Shown one piece after another: positions 63,321 to 64,000 of a stretch of DNA of 64,000 nt; the stretch's first letter is position 1; the number at the start of each line of letters is the position of its first letter. Position numbers and translations under genes: made by a program. The stretch spans positions 4,980,236-5,044,235 of the forward strand of contig NC_069000.1 in assembly GCF_001194135.2 (NCBI RefSeq). Direction: 5' to 3'. This DNA is from Octopus bimaculoides. Taxonomy: Eukaryota. Below the pieces are notes generated by a model. It was not told the origin of the DNA and did not search any database. It saw nothing but the letters and a program-made list of their open reading frames with translations.

Positions 63321-64000
63321 TGCGTACACAACAGTGTAGATTAACCCGCGCTCTTTAATATTTACCAGAGTGTGAATATTCGCACAAAGCGTCAAAAGCA
63401 TTGTAGAGAGAATATATGTTTTAATAGAGTATAATAATTTCTGTTAATCGCCTGTAACAGATCAGATACGCCCGGAGCATTTTAATATATGTTGACATCC
63501 ATTGTTCTTCTTATAACGATTGAAAAGTTCTGGTCGATTTACTGATATAATTATATTGTATTAATATATGTTCATACGAACATACATACTTATATATACG
63601 CTGATAGTCGGAGGTTTGTGTATATAAGTGTATGCATGTACGCGGGTGCGTTGTGTATACACATAGACACACACACATATGTATATACATACATACATAT
63701 ATANNNNNNNNNNNNNNNNNNNNNNNNNNNNNNNNNNNNNNNNNNNNNNNNNNNNNNNNNNNNNNNNNNNNNNNNNNNNNNNNNNNNNNNNNNNNNNNNN
63801 NNNNNNNNNNNNNNNNNNNNNNNNNNNNNNNNNNNNNNNNNNNNNNNNNNNNNNNNNNNNNNNNNNNNNNNNNNNNNNNNNNNNNNNNNNNNNNNNNNNN
63901 NNNNNNNNNNNNNNNNNNNNNNNNNNNNNNNNNNNNNNNNNNNNNNNNNNNNNNNNNNNNNNNNNNNNNNNNNNNNNNNNNNNNNNNNNNNNNNNTATAT

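Larger units (their letters stand above)
7915..63995. other. Assembly gaps: ~18 N-blocks, ~7 kb in total (e.g. 7915-8366, 15245-15855, 25208-25997, 30596-31483, 38779-39206, 53457-53872, 61028-61510)
   Basis: Runs of n, nearly all flanked by (TA)n/(CA)n/(GA)n. Confidence 0.98.

Noticed and set aside
255-63401. Most ORFs in the supplied track (poly-K/L/S, YI, HT, CV, X-rich)
   Set aside because: They are read-throughs of microsatellites or N-gaps, with no protein-like complexity.

Overview
AT-rich, microsatellite-saturated, intergenic/intronic-looking eukaryotic DNA. The tRNA-derived SINE families resemble those I recognise from Octopus, so the source is probably an octopod short-read assembly (inference). 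About 7 kb is N-gap in roughly 18 blocks, almost all opening at (TA)n/(CA)n/(GA)n tracts. No complete, recognisable protein-coding gene is supported, and nearly all listed ORFs are microsatellite or N read-throughs. Supported content: more than 20 SINE copies/fragments from three families; a hAT-type MITE with a nested CORE-type SINE; a mariner MITE plus a mariner transposase 3' remnant; RTE and CR1 LINE fragments; a Penelope GIY-YIG fragment; and three type I hammerhead-ribozyme motifs in two families. The best lead is the hammerhead set. One (2514-2645) has an intact core, a palindromic helix III and a helix II expanded into a ~105-nt hairpin. Two homologous minimal copies (23894-23931, 37333-37369) share a non-canonical CUGUYGA core. 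A second lead is a diverged ~300-340-nt three-unit repeat with tiling minus-strand ORFs at 60.1-60.9 kb, which appears related to a decayed coding-like tract at 8.7-9.6 kb. Several isolated exon-like segments are reported at low confidence. All alignments and folds were done by eye.
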